From contig OX597831.1 of assembly GCA_951406725.2 (NCBI GenBank), forward strand, positions 55,552,001 to 55,616,000: DNA of 64,000 nt, given 5' to 3'. The translations under genes were made by a program, and so were the position numbers. This stretch comes from Octopus vulgaris. Taxonomy: Eukaryota. Positions 13,320 to 25,202 of the stretch are shown piece by piece; the first letter of the stretch is position 1; every line of letters begins with the position of its first letter. Under the pieces are notes generated by a model that had not been told where the DNA came from, searched no databases, and saw only the letters and a list, made by a program, of their open reading frames with translations.

Positions 13320-14363
13320 CCAATCAGGACTCACGCCATTAGCCACAAAGAATAATCTCTAATTCGAGCCTACTCTTAGCTACTAAGAATGCGTTTGGTA
13401 ACTTGAAGATCCACCCACCACACGTGATAGACTGGCGGCTGCACGGGTGCAAAAGCTATGTTGCTATCCTCATTCCGTAAATGGTGGTTTTTAACAGGTG
13501 GTGAGCAGAACCATCCTGGGGTACAGAGGATTTGCAATCTAGACTAGGGTCTGAAAGTTTCACCACACCATAGTGGGTTACACCATGGTTCCTCTGCTTT
13601 GTGGCAAAAGTAGGAAGAAAGAGTGAGAGAAAGTTGTGGTGAAAGAGTACAGCAGGGTTCATCTCTCCCCCTGCCGAAGCCTCATGGAGCTTAGGTGTTT
13701 TTGCTCAATAAACACTCACAATGTCCAGTCTGGGAATCGAAACCACATTCTTATGACCACAAGTCTGCTGCCCTAACCACTGGGCCATTGCGCCTCCACT
13801 GCTGTTGCTGTAGATGCCTCAACTAGAAGTTCAGCATTGCAATTTGAGTTGGAATGGTAGAAAAGCATTAACTTGAACTGACTTGAGATTTGAAAGCTCT
13901 GGGGAAAAACTTGGGCAAGAGGAATTCTGCCTCAGATTTGTTTGATAGAGTAGCAAATTGCATTCTCTTCACAATATGTTTCCAGTGGTTGCTGCTTGTT
14001 TGTTGAGCGAAGCGGTCTTCGTCCCAGTGGGAGAAGTCCGCAACGTGGTCCTTTGCTATTTGTAAGACCTGCAGAAGAGAAAGCAGGTCAACCCCCGACA
14101 CCGAGAGCATCGACGGATGGATGAATGCACATCCAGGCTCAGCGGTTGCATAGGAAGTCGGGGACAAGAAACAGGAAGAAAGAGTGAGAGAAAGTTGTGG
14201 CGAAAGAGTACAGCAGGGGTCACCACCACCCCCAGCCGGAGCCTTGTGGAGCTTTTAGGTGTTTTCGCTCAATAAACACACACAACGCCCGGTCTGGGAA
14301 TCGAAACCGCAATCCTCTGACCGCGAGTCCGCTGCCCTAACCATTGGACCATTGTGCCTCCAC
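13320..14363 (-). mobile_element. Two adjacent tRNA(Arg)-head SINEs (13320-13799, 13997-14363) with different tails
   Basis: Same 5' ~190 nt as the 30914 SINE; second copy has TSD AGTGGTTGCTGCT. Confidence 0.8.
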
Positions 14364-15270
14364 AGTGGTTGCTGCTCTATTAGCTGCTGTTACTGTAACA
14401 ACAATAACAGCAGCAGCAGCCACCACACTTAAAATTTTTTCACCAAACTCATTGCTCTCACCTTGTTGATAACATCTCTACATGGCTTTCTGCACTCTCA
14501 CATATCATTTATCTACACATAATCTTTTTAGTGACCACCACTCTTATAGAGTGGCAACCTGTCAAAAATTTTCTTTAGGTCCATAAACAGTGGGTATAAG
14601 AACTCGCTCTTTGCTAAGAACTCCTGTAGTTGTTTCACTAGGAAGAAGGTATCAGTGGTAGCCTGCTCTGGCACATACCCTATCTCACCTATTCTTATTT
14701 TCTTCCAAATTAGTTAAACCGTAGCTTTTTTTTTTACTTATTTTCATAATTTTGTTCAGCAATTTGGTAGCTCTGTAGTTGCTTCTTTCTAGAATATCTT
14801 TACTTTTGTAGCAACTGATAACAATACTGAAATGGAAATTACCCTTTCTGTACTCCCTGATTGACTATGCAAGTGACTAACATATGTCCTGCCTTGCTGG
14901 ATATTTCCAGAATCTACCACTCATGAACCAATTGTTTTCTTTGCTTCATATCCTTAAAGATAATATATCGATATATATATATAAGTATGGATCCATCCAA
15001 TCCACACTGTAAAGTGGTTGGCATTTGGAAGGGCATCCAGCTGTAAAAATCATGCCAAAACTGACCTTGTCTGTGCTGGTATCATGTAAAAACTACTCAG
15101 TCCACTCTGCAGAGTGGTTGCTGTCAGGAAGGGCAACCAGCTGTAAAACCCTACCAAAACAGACACAGTAACCTGGGGTAATCATCTACCTGGCCGGCTC
15201 CTGTCAACCGTCCTATCCATGCATGCATGGAAGATGGATGTTAAACAATGATGATGATGATGATGTATGA

Positions 15271-15309
<39 letters not shown>

Positions 15310-15844
15310 CGCGCGCGTGTGTTTAGGTATAATGTACAAGTGTGTATCAACTATATATAACTGTAAAGCAATGGATCCCTAAACTAGTAATAGGCTTCCA
15401 CACAGTTTCTGGCTATTGAACCCCACTCACTATGTATTGGTCAAGGATATGATAGAAGACAATTGGCCAAGTTGACATTCTGTGGAATTGAAATCAGAAC
15501 CAATCAGTTGTCAAGCGAACTCCTTAAGCACACATCCATGTCTTCACATAAGCAGTGATGCAATCATGTTTAACGCTTTCGTTACCAACCTGGCTGAAAC
15601 CGGCTCTGGATCTGAGTAGAAATGTTTTGCTTTCATAAGTTTTGAATTAAAATCTTCCACCAAACCTTAGTCACAATTTATGTTTCTAACACTAGCTGAA
15701 TGATAACGATATTATTTTATTAAATTAAAGAAACACAGAGCATCTCAAAATATATACAGTAATGAAAGGGTTAATGATTCAATGTTCTGGTTCAACTATA
15801 TTGGTCCTAAGATAAATATAATTCAATTCTGTTGCTAAACTTAC

Positions 15845-15922
15845 CATCAATAGTTTCATTGTCACAATAATAAACATAAGAAGCATCTTCATTTAGGTTC
15901 CAAGACTCTGAAGAAGGTATGG
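15845..15922 (-). CDS. PSAT1: PSAT1 exon 5 ([26 protein letters not shown])
   Basis: YCxNET motif; CAG/GTAAG; 78 nt. Confidence 0.95.
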
Positions 15923-17576
15923 CTGGAGAAAGTAAAAAGAAAAAGAAACAACATAAGTCATTTTTTTTTATTAATTTTCCTTTTACAATTAAAAATAAAA
16001 TGGACTGTGTATATGCTTATGTATTTGCGCATGCCTCTGTATGTTAGTCTCTTTTTCATTGGTCACATCTTTGGGCATAATTTATCACAGGGTATTATTA
16101 AAACACTAATATCTTTTCCTTTAAATGAAAGAAAAAAAATATCAACTGAAATGAGGGCTGTGTAAGTTAGATGACTCTAAACATCAAATTAAGGCTGTGT
16201 ACACACACACTCATACATAACTGAAAATATCCTAGAGGAATATATGGTTCAAAAGTACAATAATTATAATTTTACTGATTTCAAATTTCATGGTGCCACA
16301 CACACAAAATGGAATGTACTAAAAAATACTAATTTTCAAAATGAGGATATTTATTAAATTAAAGTAAAATTCAAGGAAATAAAGCAGATTTAAAGCTGTA
16401 GCTTTAACTCAAACACTCTGTCAACAACATTGATTGAGTTGTGCTATTAGACCCTCAGGGCTGAAAAAATTTAGCAGTATCTGCACCAAGCAGTGTTTAG
16501 GCATAAGTGAGCTTTAGATAAGTTAAAATATGTTTGTGATATATTTTAACTTCTGGCCTCCGTGCCGGTGGCACGTAAAAAGCACCGTCCGATCGTGGAC
16601 ATTGCCAGCCTCGCCTGGCCCCCGTGCCGGTGGCACGTAAAAAGCACCATCCGACCGTGGCCGTTTGCCAGCCCCGTCTGGCACCTGTGCTGGTGGCACG
16701 TAAAAAGCATCCACTATACTCACGGAGTGGTTGGCGTTAGGAAGGGCATCCAGCCGTAGAAACATTGCCAGATCAGACTGGGCCTGGTGCAGCCTTCTGG
16801 CTTCCAAGACCCCAGTTGAACCGTCCAACCCATGCTAGCATGGAAAGCGGACGCTAAATGATGATGATGATGATGAAGGTAAATTTACTGCAGTTACCAT
16901 GGAGAAAAATTTTCTCTTATAATTCCCAGATCATTAATGTAGCTGGAGGAAGTGAGGGTACGGTCCAACCAGGGTGGAATTTTTAGGTCTGCTGTAGGCA
17001 ATATCTGTTTTTTGTGACATCCAGTGGGGAAAATGGAAGACCACTCTGGGCGGCACATCCTCTAGCTGTGCTAGTGTCCCAGATGCAATATTTCTAGCTT
17101 TTTAGCCATTCTCAATGGGAAATACTGAAGAGAAGTAATATGGGCAGATTTAAAGCAGTAGCTTTACCTGTGCCGGTGACACGTAAAAGCACCAATCGAT
17201 CATGGCCGTTTGCCAGCCTCCCCTGGCCCCTGTGCCGGTGGCACGTAAAAAGCATCCACTACACTCACGGAGTGGTTGGCGTTAGGAAGGGCGTCCAGCT
17301 GTAGAAACATTGCCAGATCAGACTGGAGCCTGGTGCAGCTTCCTGGCTTCCCAGACCCCGGTCGAACTGTCCAACCCATGCTAGCATGGAAAGCGGACGT
17401 TAAACGATGATGATGATGACTGTCAACAACATTAATTGCTGAATTTCTTCTGACCTGGCAGACTAATAGCACAACTCAGTCACATATAGTAGAATTAGAA
17501 CCTGAAACTGCATGACTGTAAACGGAACTTCTTGACCACACGACTATGCATACTCAAAGCAAGTCAGAAAACTTAC

Positions 17577-17782
17577 AGCAATAACTCTCCATTTTAGGTA
17601 AAACCTTGTGAACTGTTCCAAATTTTGAAGCTTCTTTTGCAGCCTTTTCTGACCATTTACCAGTAACAAAGTAATCAGCACACTTGTTAGGTTTCAGCTG
17701 CATCAGATTTAATGCAATTCCTGCAGTTTGTCCTGTACCACCCGCTGACAGAAACAAAACATGATAATTCTCTGGAATATTC
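17577..17782 (-). CDS. PSAT1: PSAT1 exon 4 ([18 protein letters not shown]...[17 protein letters not shown]...SYC)
   Basis: PxNYxVLF, GGxGQ and TGxWS motifs; TAG/GTAAGT; 206 nt. Confidence 0.96.
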
Positions 17783-19375
17783 CTACAAGAAAAATTCAGC
17801 AATTTATTTATTTGTTAATTTTTTAACAAATTTGAAATGAAAACAAGTTATTCTTACTATTCTTACAGAATTAAAAGGAATTTTGTTACAAGATGTACAG
17901 TATATGCGCAGGAGTGGCTGTGTGGTAAGTAGATTGCTTACCAACCACATGGTTCTGGGTTCAGTCCCACAGTGTGGCACCTTGGGCAAGTGTCTTCTGC
18001 TATAGCCTCGGGCCAACCAAAGCCTTGTGAGTGGATATGGTAGATGGAAAACCGAAAGAAGCCTGTCGTGTATATGTATATATATATATGTGTTTGTGTG
18101 TCTGTATTTGTCCCACCAACATCGCTTGACAACTGATGCTGGTGTATTTATGTCCCCGTAACTTAGTGGTTCGGCAAAACAGACTGATAGAATAAGTACT
18201 AGGCATACAAAGAATAAGTCCTGCAGTTGATTTGCTTGACTAAAGGTGGTGCTCCAGCATGACCACAGTCAAATGACTAAAACAAGTAAAAGAGAGGGAG
18301 TATTATAGAGAGTGAGTATAGAAAATGGAAATAGAAAATGGTACAGATATCAGGAGAACCCAGAAGTTATAATCAGCATTAATAAGAAACTGTGGGGATG
18401 CGGTGAACCGGGAGAAAAGGGTCAGTGACATCAAAGCCTGAGGGACCCGACCAGAAGAGGTGTGAGGGAGTTCATGTCAGCAGAAGTAGAACCACCGTGG
18501 CCCTCTTTGCTTTGGGGCATTTGTGGGAGACAGATGCGTGAGCTAGAGAAGGAATTTACTAATAAGTTCTGGCAGTAGGTTAGGTGGGTAGGGCACTTTT
18601 TGGATGTAATCCAGTTGGATAGTCAATGCTGCAAGGGAACCTGAGAGATAGGTGAATCATACTTTGTTCATACTACAGAAACAAAAGGAAGTCTACCTGC
18701 ACACTCTTGGTGGCCATCACAACTGAATCTCTTGAATGTTCTGAATTGGAGTCAGTTAAGAATAGGTAATTTTTTGTTTTTGTTTTTTTTTTCCTTTTGT
18801 GGTGATCTTAAAATACTGGAGTATAAAGACATTAACTAAAGGAAGGTAGGATTATTTTGTTATCTTTTATCTTTTACTTATTTCATTCATTGAACCGTGG
18901 CCTTGTGAATGGATTCGGGAGCTAGAAACTGCAAAAAGACCTGTCAAATGTGAGTGTGTTTGTGTGTGCTTACATTTGTGCTTCTCTTAAAATTGCTCAG
19001 CTACAGGCATTGATGTTGCTATCACATTTCCCCTGACAACTGGTTATCTGCTAGCTTTATGTCTCCAAAGACATATGGAATAAGATATCCTTTACTTGAA
19101 AAACAGGTGAAGGTTAGTGGCAGAAAGGATATCCAATTGTAAAACAATGCTTCAGTATATTCTTCTAACTCATGCTAGCATGGAGAAACAGGCAGAAAAA
19201 TGAATGTCTGAATTTATTTGACTGCCCCGAATTCAAAAGTTGTCAACTGCATTAGATTGTATCTCTAAAAAATAGTTATACCCTTTTAGACATGATAGCG
19301 AAACTGTATAAAAGAAGAAACGATTTTTAAAATGAATTCACTTGAAATTAATAAAGAGAACATTAATCAACTTAC

Positions 19376-19445
19376 AAAAGATCTCTTACGTCATCCTTGA
19401 TTTTCTGAAGGATTTGACGGAATTCCTCACTTCGGTGGCTTAATT
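19376..19445 (-). CDS. PSAT1: PSAT1 exon 3 (ELSHRSEEFRQILQKIKDDVRDLL)
   Basis: ExSHRS motif; CAG/GTAAGT; 70 nt. Confidence 0.95.
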
Positions 19446-21359
19446 CTGAGACATATCAACATAATGGGAACAATTAATGCAGAGCAAAAGGCACAATGAA
19501 ACAAATATTATAAAGTAAGGATTAAAACACAGTCATAATTGTAACATAGAATTAACTCTTACTTGTAAGATGGCAATTTGATGCAAAAATGAAGTAAATA
19601 AATATCTTTTACTTGTCCTTGTCATTGCACTGCAGTCATGCTGGAGCACTACCTTGAAGGGTTTAGTTGAACAAACTGACCCCAGGGCTTATTTTTTTTT
19701 AAGACTGGTACTTATCTAATTAGTCTCCTTTGCTGAACTGCATTGAAACCATGTGATTTCAGGTACAGTCCCACGGCATGGTACCTTGGACAAGTGTCTT
19801 CTACTATAGAACCCAGACTGACCACTGCCTTGTGAGCGGATTTTGTAGACAGAAACTAAGTGAAAGCCAGGAATATATATATATATATGTGGAGGCATGT
19901 GGCTTAGTGGTTAGGGTGTCAGCATCAGGATCATAAGATTGTGGTTTCGATTCCTGGACCGGGTAACACATTGTGTTCTTGACCAAAACACTTCATTTCA
20001 CGTTGCTCCAGTCCACTCAGCTGGCAAAAATGAGTAACGGTGTGATGGACTGATGTCCCGTCCAGCTGGGGAACACATACACCATTGAAAACCAGGAAAC
20101 CGGGCCCATGAGCCTGGCTAGGCTTTAAAAGGGTGCGTTTATTTTTTATTATATATATATATATATATCATCATCATCGTTTAACGTCCGTTCTCCATGC
20201 TAGCATGGGTTGGACGGTTCGACCGGGGATCTGGGAAGCCAGAAGGCTGCACCAGGCTCCAGTCTTATCTGGCAATGTTTCTACAGCTGGATGCCCTTCC
20301 TAACACCATATACTATGGTGCAGGTGTGGCTGTGTGGTAAGTTTGCTTCCCAACCACATGGTTCTGGGTTCATTCCCACTGCATGGCACCTTGGGCAAGT
20401 GTCTTCTACTATAGCCTCGGGTCGACCAAACCCTTGAGAGTGGATTTGGTAGACGGAAACTGAAAGAATACCATTATGTGTGTGTATGTGTGCGCGCATG
20501 TATCTGTGTTTGTCTCGCACCACCGCTTGACGACCTGATAGCCACTGTTGGTGTGTTTGTCCCCATAACTTTGTGGTTTGGCAAAGAAGCCAATAGAATA
20601 AATACCAGAATGAGTACTGGGGTCAAGTCATTTGAGTAAAAAAAAAAAAAATTCAAGGTGCTGCTGCCCCAGTATGGCCACCATCTAATGATTGAAACAA
20701 GTAAAAGAAATAAAAGAGATGTATGTGTGTCTTTGTTTGTGTGTGTGTGTACGTTGTCTTCATGTTTGCATCTACACTTCCTCCTAATGCTTGACAACGA
20801 GTGCTGGTTTGTTTACATCCCTATAACTTAGCACTTCAGCAAAATGACTGATAAATCAATTTGTTTTGACTAAACCCTTGAAAGTGGTGCCCCAGCATGG
20901 CCTTGGTTCAGTGACTGAAACAAGTAAATGATAAAAAGAGGCGCAGGAGTGGCTGTGTGGTAAGTAGCTTGCTAACCAACCACATGGTTCAGGGTTCAGT
21001 CACACTGCGTGGCATCTTGGGCAAGTGTCTTCTGCTATAGCCCCGGGCCGACCAATGCCTTGTGAGTGGATTTGGTAGACGGAAACTGAAAGAAGCCTGT
21101 CGTATATATGTGTGTGTGTGTATGTGTTTGTCCCCCTAGTATTGCTTGACAACCGATGCTGGTGTGTTTACGTCCCCGTCACTTAGCGGTTCGGCAAAAG
21201 AGACCGATAGAATAAGTACTGGGCTTACAATGAATAAGTCCCGGAGTCGATTTGCTCGACTAAAGGCGTTGCTCCAGCATGGCCGCAGTCAAATGACTGA
21301 AACAAGTAAAAGAGAGTAAAAAAAAAGAGAGTAAATGAGTAAAAAGAACTGAAACTTAC

Positions 21360-21420
21360 CCAATATACCAATTCCAGTTTGTCCGTAATTAAGCAGATCA
21401 TTTTGAAGCTCAGTCAAAAC
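21360..21420 (-). CDS. PSAT1: PSAT1 exon 2 (VLTELQNDLLNYGQTGIGIL)
   Basis: AG/GTAAGT flanks, 61 nt, in frame with exons 1 and 3; resembles PSAT helix region. Confidence 0.92.
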
Positions 21421-22399
21421 CTTCAAGATAAATAACATCATATTACACATGTTATTGCCAACAGGGAGCCATTATAAGGTTTCTCAAACTGCTAAAAATA
21501 GTAGTCAAATCTCCCCCAAATCACACCATCACGGTCTTAGAATAGGACACATTGCATGTAATCCTGAGTTCCCTGCATGTAGGAAAAATAAGTGATGGTC
21601 ACAGTTGGAATGCCTTTCATAGTAGATATATTTAATCAGGCTTAACCTGGGACTAAGCAACAACGACAACAAGGCTAGCCACTGGATTTGGTCAAAAAGA
21701 GACGATTACCGATGGCTAGAAGAATATTGAGCTTTATTTGATAACCAGTTGATCTAGCAAACAGGGCCGCATATCAGTGAGGGGGTCATGTGCGCATTGA
21801 TATCGTTGAGAGGTAGGCCCTAAAATGGCGTGCATTCTCTCCTGATGACTCCATACACTTGCTGGCTTCCGGTATGCGGAGTTTTTGACTGGTAGCATTT
21901 GCATGTGCAAGTTGTTTGCAAGACATCTAACCTGCAGATCATCTTGGATTGAGCAAATTTATGTTCAAATGTGTTTCCACTGCGACTATCCAGTCTTATT
22001 CTGGCATAGTGCATCTAGGACGCCATTCTCTAGTGGTCCTGTTTTTTGTAATACATTAGATTGTGATTTGGTTGAGATTTGGCTGCTATTCATAGCGGAT
22101 TAAATGTCAGCTTAGAGGTTCTATTATTGGCTCTTCGAGGGGAGGGTTTAGTTAATTGGCTTCATGAGGGTATCATCATCATCTTTGTTTAATGATCACT
22201 CTTCCATTCATGCATAAGGAGAGAGAGAGACAGACAGACAGGGGAAAATGGTGAAGATGTGTCAGGAATGAAGAGGTACAGAGAATTAGATAAGGTGGGT
22301 GAGTAGGTAGGTTTTGTGAAAATGCAAAAGGAGAGTGGAAGATGGGAATGAAATACAGTGAATGGACATGGGTGGAGACAGTGGTCTGTGTTTTATAGA

Positions 22400-22990
22400 A
22401 TTGAGAAGGGCTAATCCACTACAAAATGCTTGAAAACAACCACGTGGTCCAATGCAAACCTTTATTTTCAGCAATTGCTCAAGCTCAACAAGGTAATCCA
22501 GCAGAAATGGCATGCTTCTTCAGCATGACAGCACTTACCTACACATCACTAATTTGACCAAAAATGCTATTCAAGAGTTCTGTACAAGGGGGTGCTGGCT
22601 TTGAGTAAAAGAAAATACAGGAGGATCAGTTAATTATGATTTTATTCAACATATTCTCCTCTCAGCTTCACACATTTATTGCAGTGGTCCTTCAGTTTTT
22701 CTAAGCCCTGTAAGAGAACTTGGAAGGTTGGGCCTCCAACCAAGCCTTTCATGATACCCTTAAAACCAGGAACTTTTCAGCACCCTTCATATTCTCCTCC
22801 TATAGCACCTTCAGATTATCCTCTTTATCAGTTGCTCTCCAAAAGTCTATGAGGCCCTTCATTCAATAACAATATGTTGAGTCTACCATCAAGGCATTGA
22901 CAAATTTGTGGAATATTGGTAAGAAGTTGTGAACAATGAAGGAAAATATATTGACTGATTTGCCAAAGAAAAATAAAGATTAACATAATT
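22400..22990 (+). mobile_element. Decayed mariner-like relic with a ~200-bp Tc1/mariner MITE (~22584-22790) inside
   Basis: LLQHD..H-like peptide; MITE ends AAGGGGGTGCTG / CAGCACCCTT. Confidence 0.5.
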
Positions 22991-23199
22991 GGAATAAAAT
23001 AAATAAATTTATCTGAAAATCCAGTATTATTACTTCAGTACAATATCTATTAGAAGAATGAGTTTGCATTGAGTTAAGCCATATATAGATGCATCCATAG
23101 ATACAAGGGAGGTTTGGTCATTTTGTGGGATGAAGTGAGTAGTTGTAGTTGATAGCCATTGAGGCAGTTTTTGTGTGCCCTTGATACTTTCTCCATACA

Positions 23200-23640
23200 G
23201 TTGCATGAAATCTCACCAATAAAAGGTGAAATTTTTTAGATTCTTCAGTCAGTAGCCTGTTATAAGATCTGGGTTTGGGCATTTATGGTTTAACATTTTC
23301 TGTAGAACTGTTTCCAGTATTTTACCATCTATTTCATATTACTTTTGCTGGTCATGTCTGCAATAGTCCTGCTCCAATTATTTTAGCCATACAGCTTGTT
23401 TGTTCAATTGATCATCTGTTTTCCATACAGGTCTCCAGTAGCCCTTAACATGATCTTTTGTAGGGGTGTCTTTTACAAAGACTGAGCCTTTTGCATTAAA
23501 GCTGTGATAAACTGACTTGGGATCTCTTGAGCGTTTGTAGCTTTTGTGCTGTAGCTGTGCGTTGTTGTTTCAGCTGGTGCAGTTTGGAATTTAGGTTTGT
23601 GAATCCTGTATCACCAAATCACCTCTCTAGTTTTTTTCTG
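23200..23640 (-). mobile_element. Relic of an R4/Dong-like non-LTR retrotransposon (pre-RT region)
   Basis: Minus-strand translation YWRPVW...NKQAVWL...NHKCPNPDLITGY*LKNL resembles the NWKAPGPDxIxxYWxK block. Confidence 0.45.
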
Positions 23641-25202
23641 AGGTCTTCTTGACGTCATATGAAGTTGTTCTCAGTGTTACATTTCACAACTACAATTATC
23701 TGGTGAAATACTTTTACGCAGGAATAAAATTTTATTTTTTAAGTTATGTGCCCATGCTGGTTCAGGCTTTCTACTTGAATTTTGATTGCATGGCTGCAGT
23801 TCTTCGTGATACACTAGTAATATTATAGCTGAGATACATATCAAAAGGTAAATGGTTTTGTAGGTTGTTTTTTTATACCTCCTGACTCTGTGTGTGTATG
23901 TGTGCACATGCATCCATGTACATGTGTGTATTACTTGTGCATTTCAAAAACACAATAGAATAAACAAAATACATATAAAATGTGTGGAATGTGAAGCTAT
24001 TCAAAAGAATGAAATAGTGTAAGAATGATTGATGAGAAAGTTACTATCAATGTTATTAATTCACTTTCATGAGAGTAGTGTCAAGTGAAATCTAATACTT
24101 AAAAAATACAATAAAATTTTGCGTTTACAATAAATTATTTTTGCTTAACTCTTTAGCATCAGATTACTCAGTGAAATGTAATGCTTATTTATTTACAATG
24201 CAAATGACCTTAAGATCTGTAATACTAACTTCAGGAAACCTGCAGGCCACCTGTTCAGCTACAAGCCCGGTGGGCACACTAATCAGTTTGACTACATTCT
24301 CGCCAGGAAATGAGAAAGATGGCTGCTTATAAATGCCCAAACTTTCCCAGGTGAAGAATGCACCCCACAACATAGGTTAGTTGTTAGCGACTTCATTAAA
24401 AGCATCCTTCAATCATTGGGTGATATGTTGTGCTTGTGAAGGCCTGTCAAACTGAGTAAAGTAGTTGTAGCTGATGCCAGTGCTATCTGACTGGCACCTG
24501 TGCTGGTGGCATGTAACAAACACTGTTCGAGCATTGCACTTCATGGAGGCAATGACAAGTGACCAAGACCTTTGGCAATATACCATGCTTGTGTCAGGTC
24601 AATGGCACCCGTGCCGGTGGCACGTAAAATGTTCCCACTACTCTCTTGGAGTGGTTGGCATTAGGAAGGGCATCCAGCTGTAGAAACCATGCCAAATCAT
24701 ACTGAAACCTGGTGCAGCCTCCTGGCTCACTAGTTTTCAGTCAAACCATCCAACACATGCCAGCATAGAATGCGGACATTAAATGATGATGATGAATGGT
24801 TTGAATTAATTGTACACTATCTTGTGGCTCAGGGAATTCAATGATGTGATTGTTTATTTTTAGAATGACATTGTTTGTTAGGTGCAAGAGGCCAGATCTG
24901 TCCAATATGAATGTAAAACAGGTAGAATACTTTGGTTGGGTATGGCTGGTTTAAATGCTAAAGGGTTAATAAATATAATTCACTAATATTCCAAGAACCT
25001 CAAAGGTGCACAATTGATAGTCATGCCCTTCACCTCCATAAGGTGCTGCTGCATTGATAATATTCCATTTGAATTTCAAATTGACTTTAAAATCTACAGG
25101 TGCTCAGTTAATGATGTCAAATGCACTATTTTAGAATTACAAAATTAAATTTAATTATACATATTCATGCATATATACACACACATATATACATATATAT
25201 AT

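Noticed and set aside
15555-15566. TGATGCAAT ATF4/CARE-like motif in a PSAT1 intron
   Set aside because: A 9-mer expected by chance in 64 kb of AT-rich DNA, far from the promoter, with no conservation evidence.
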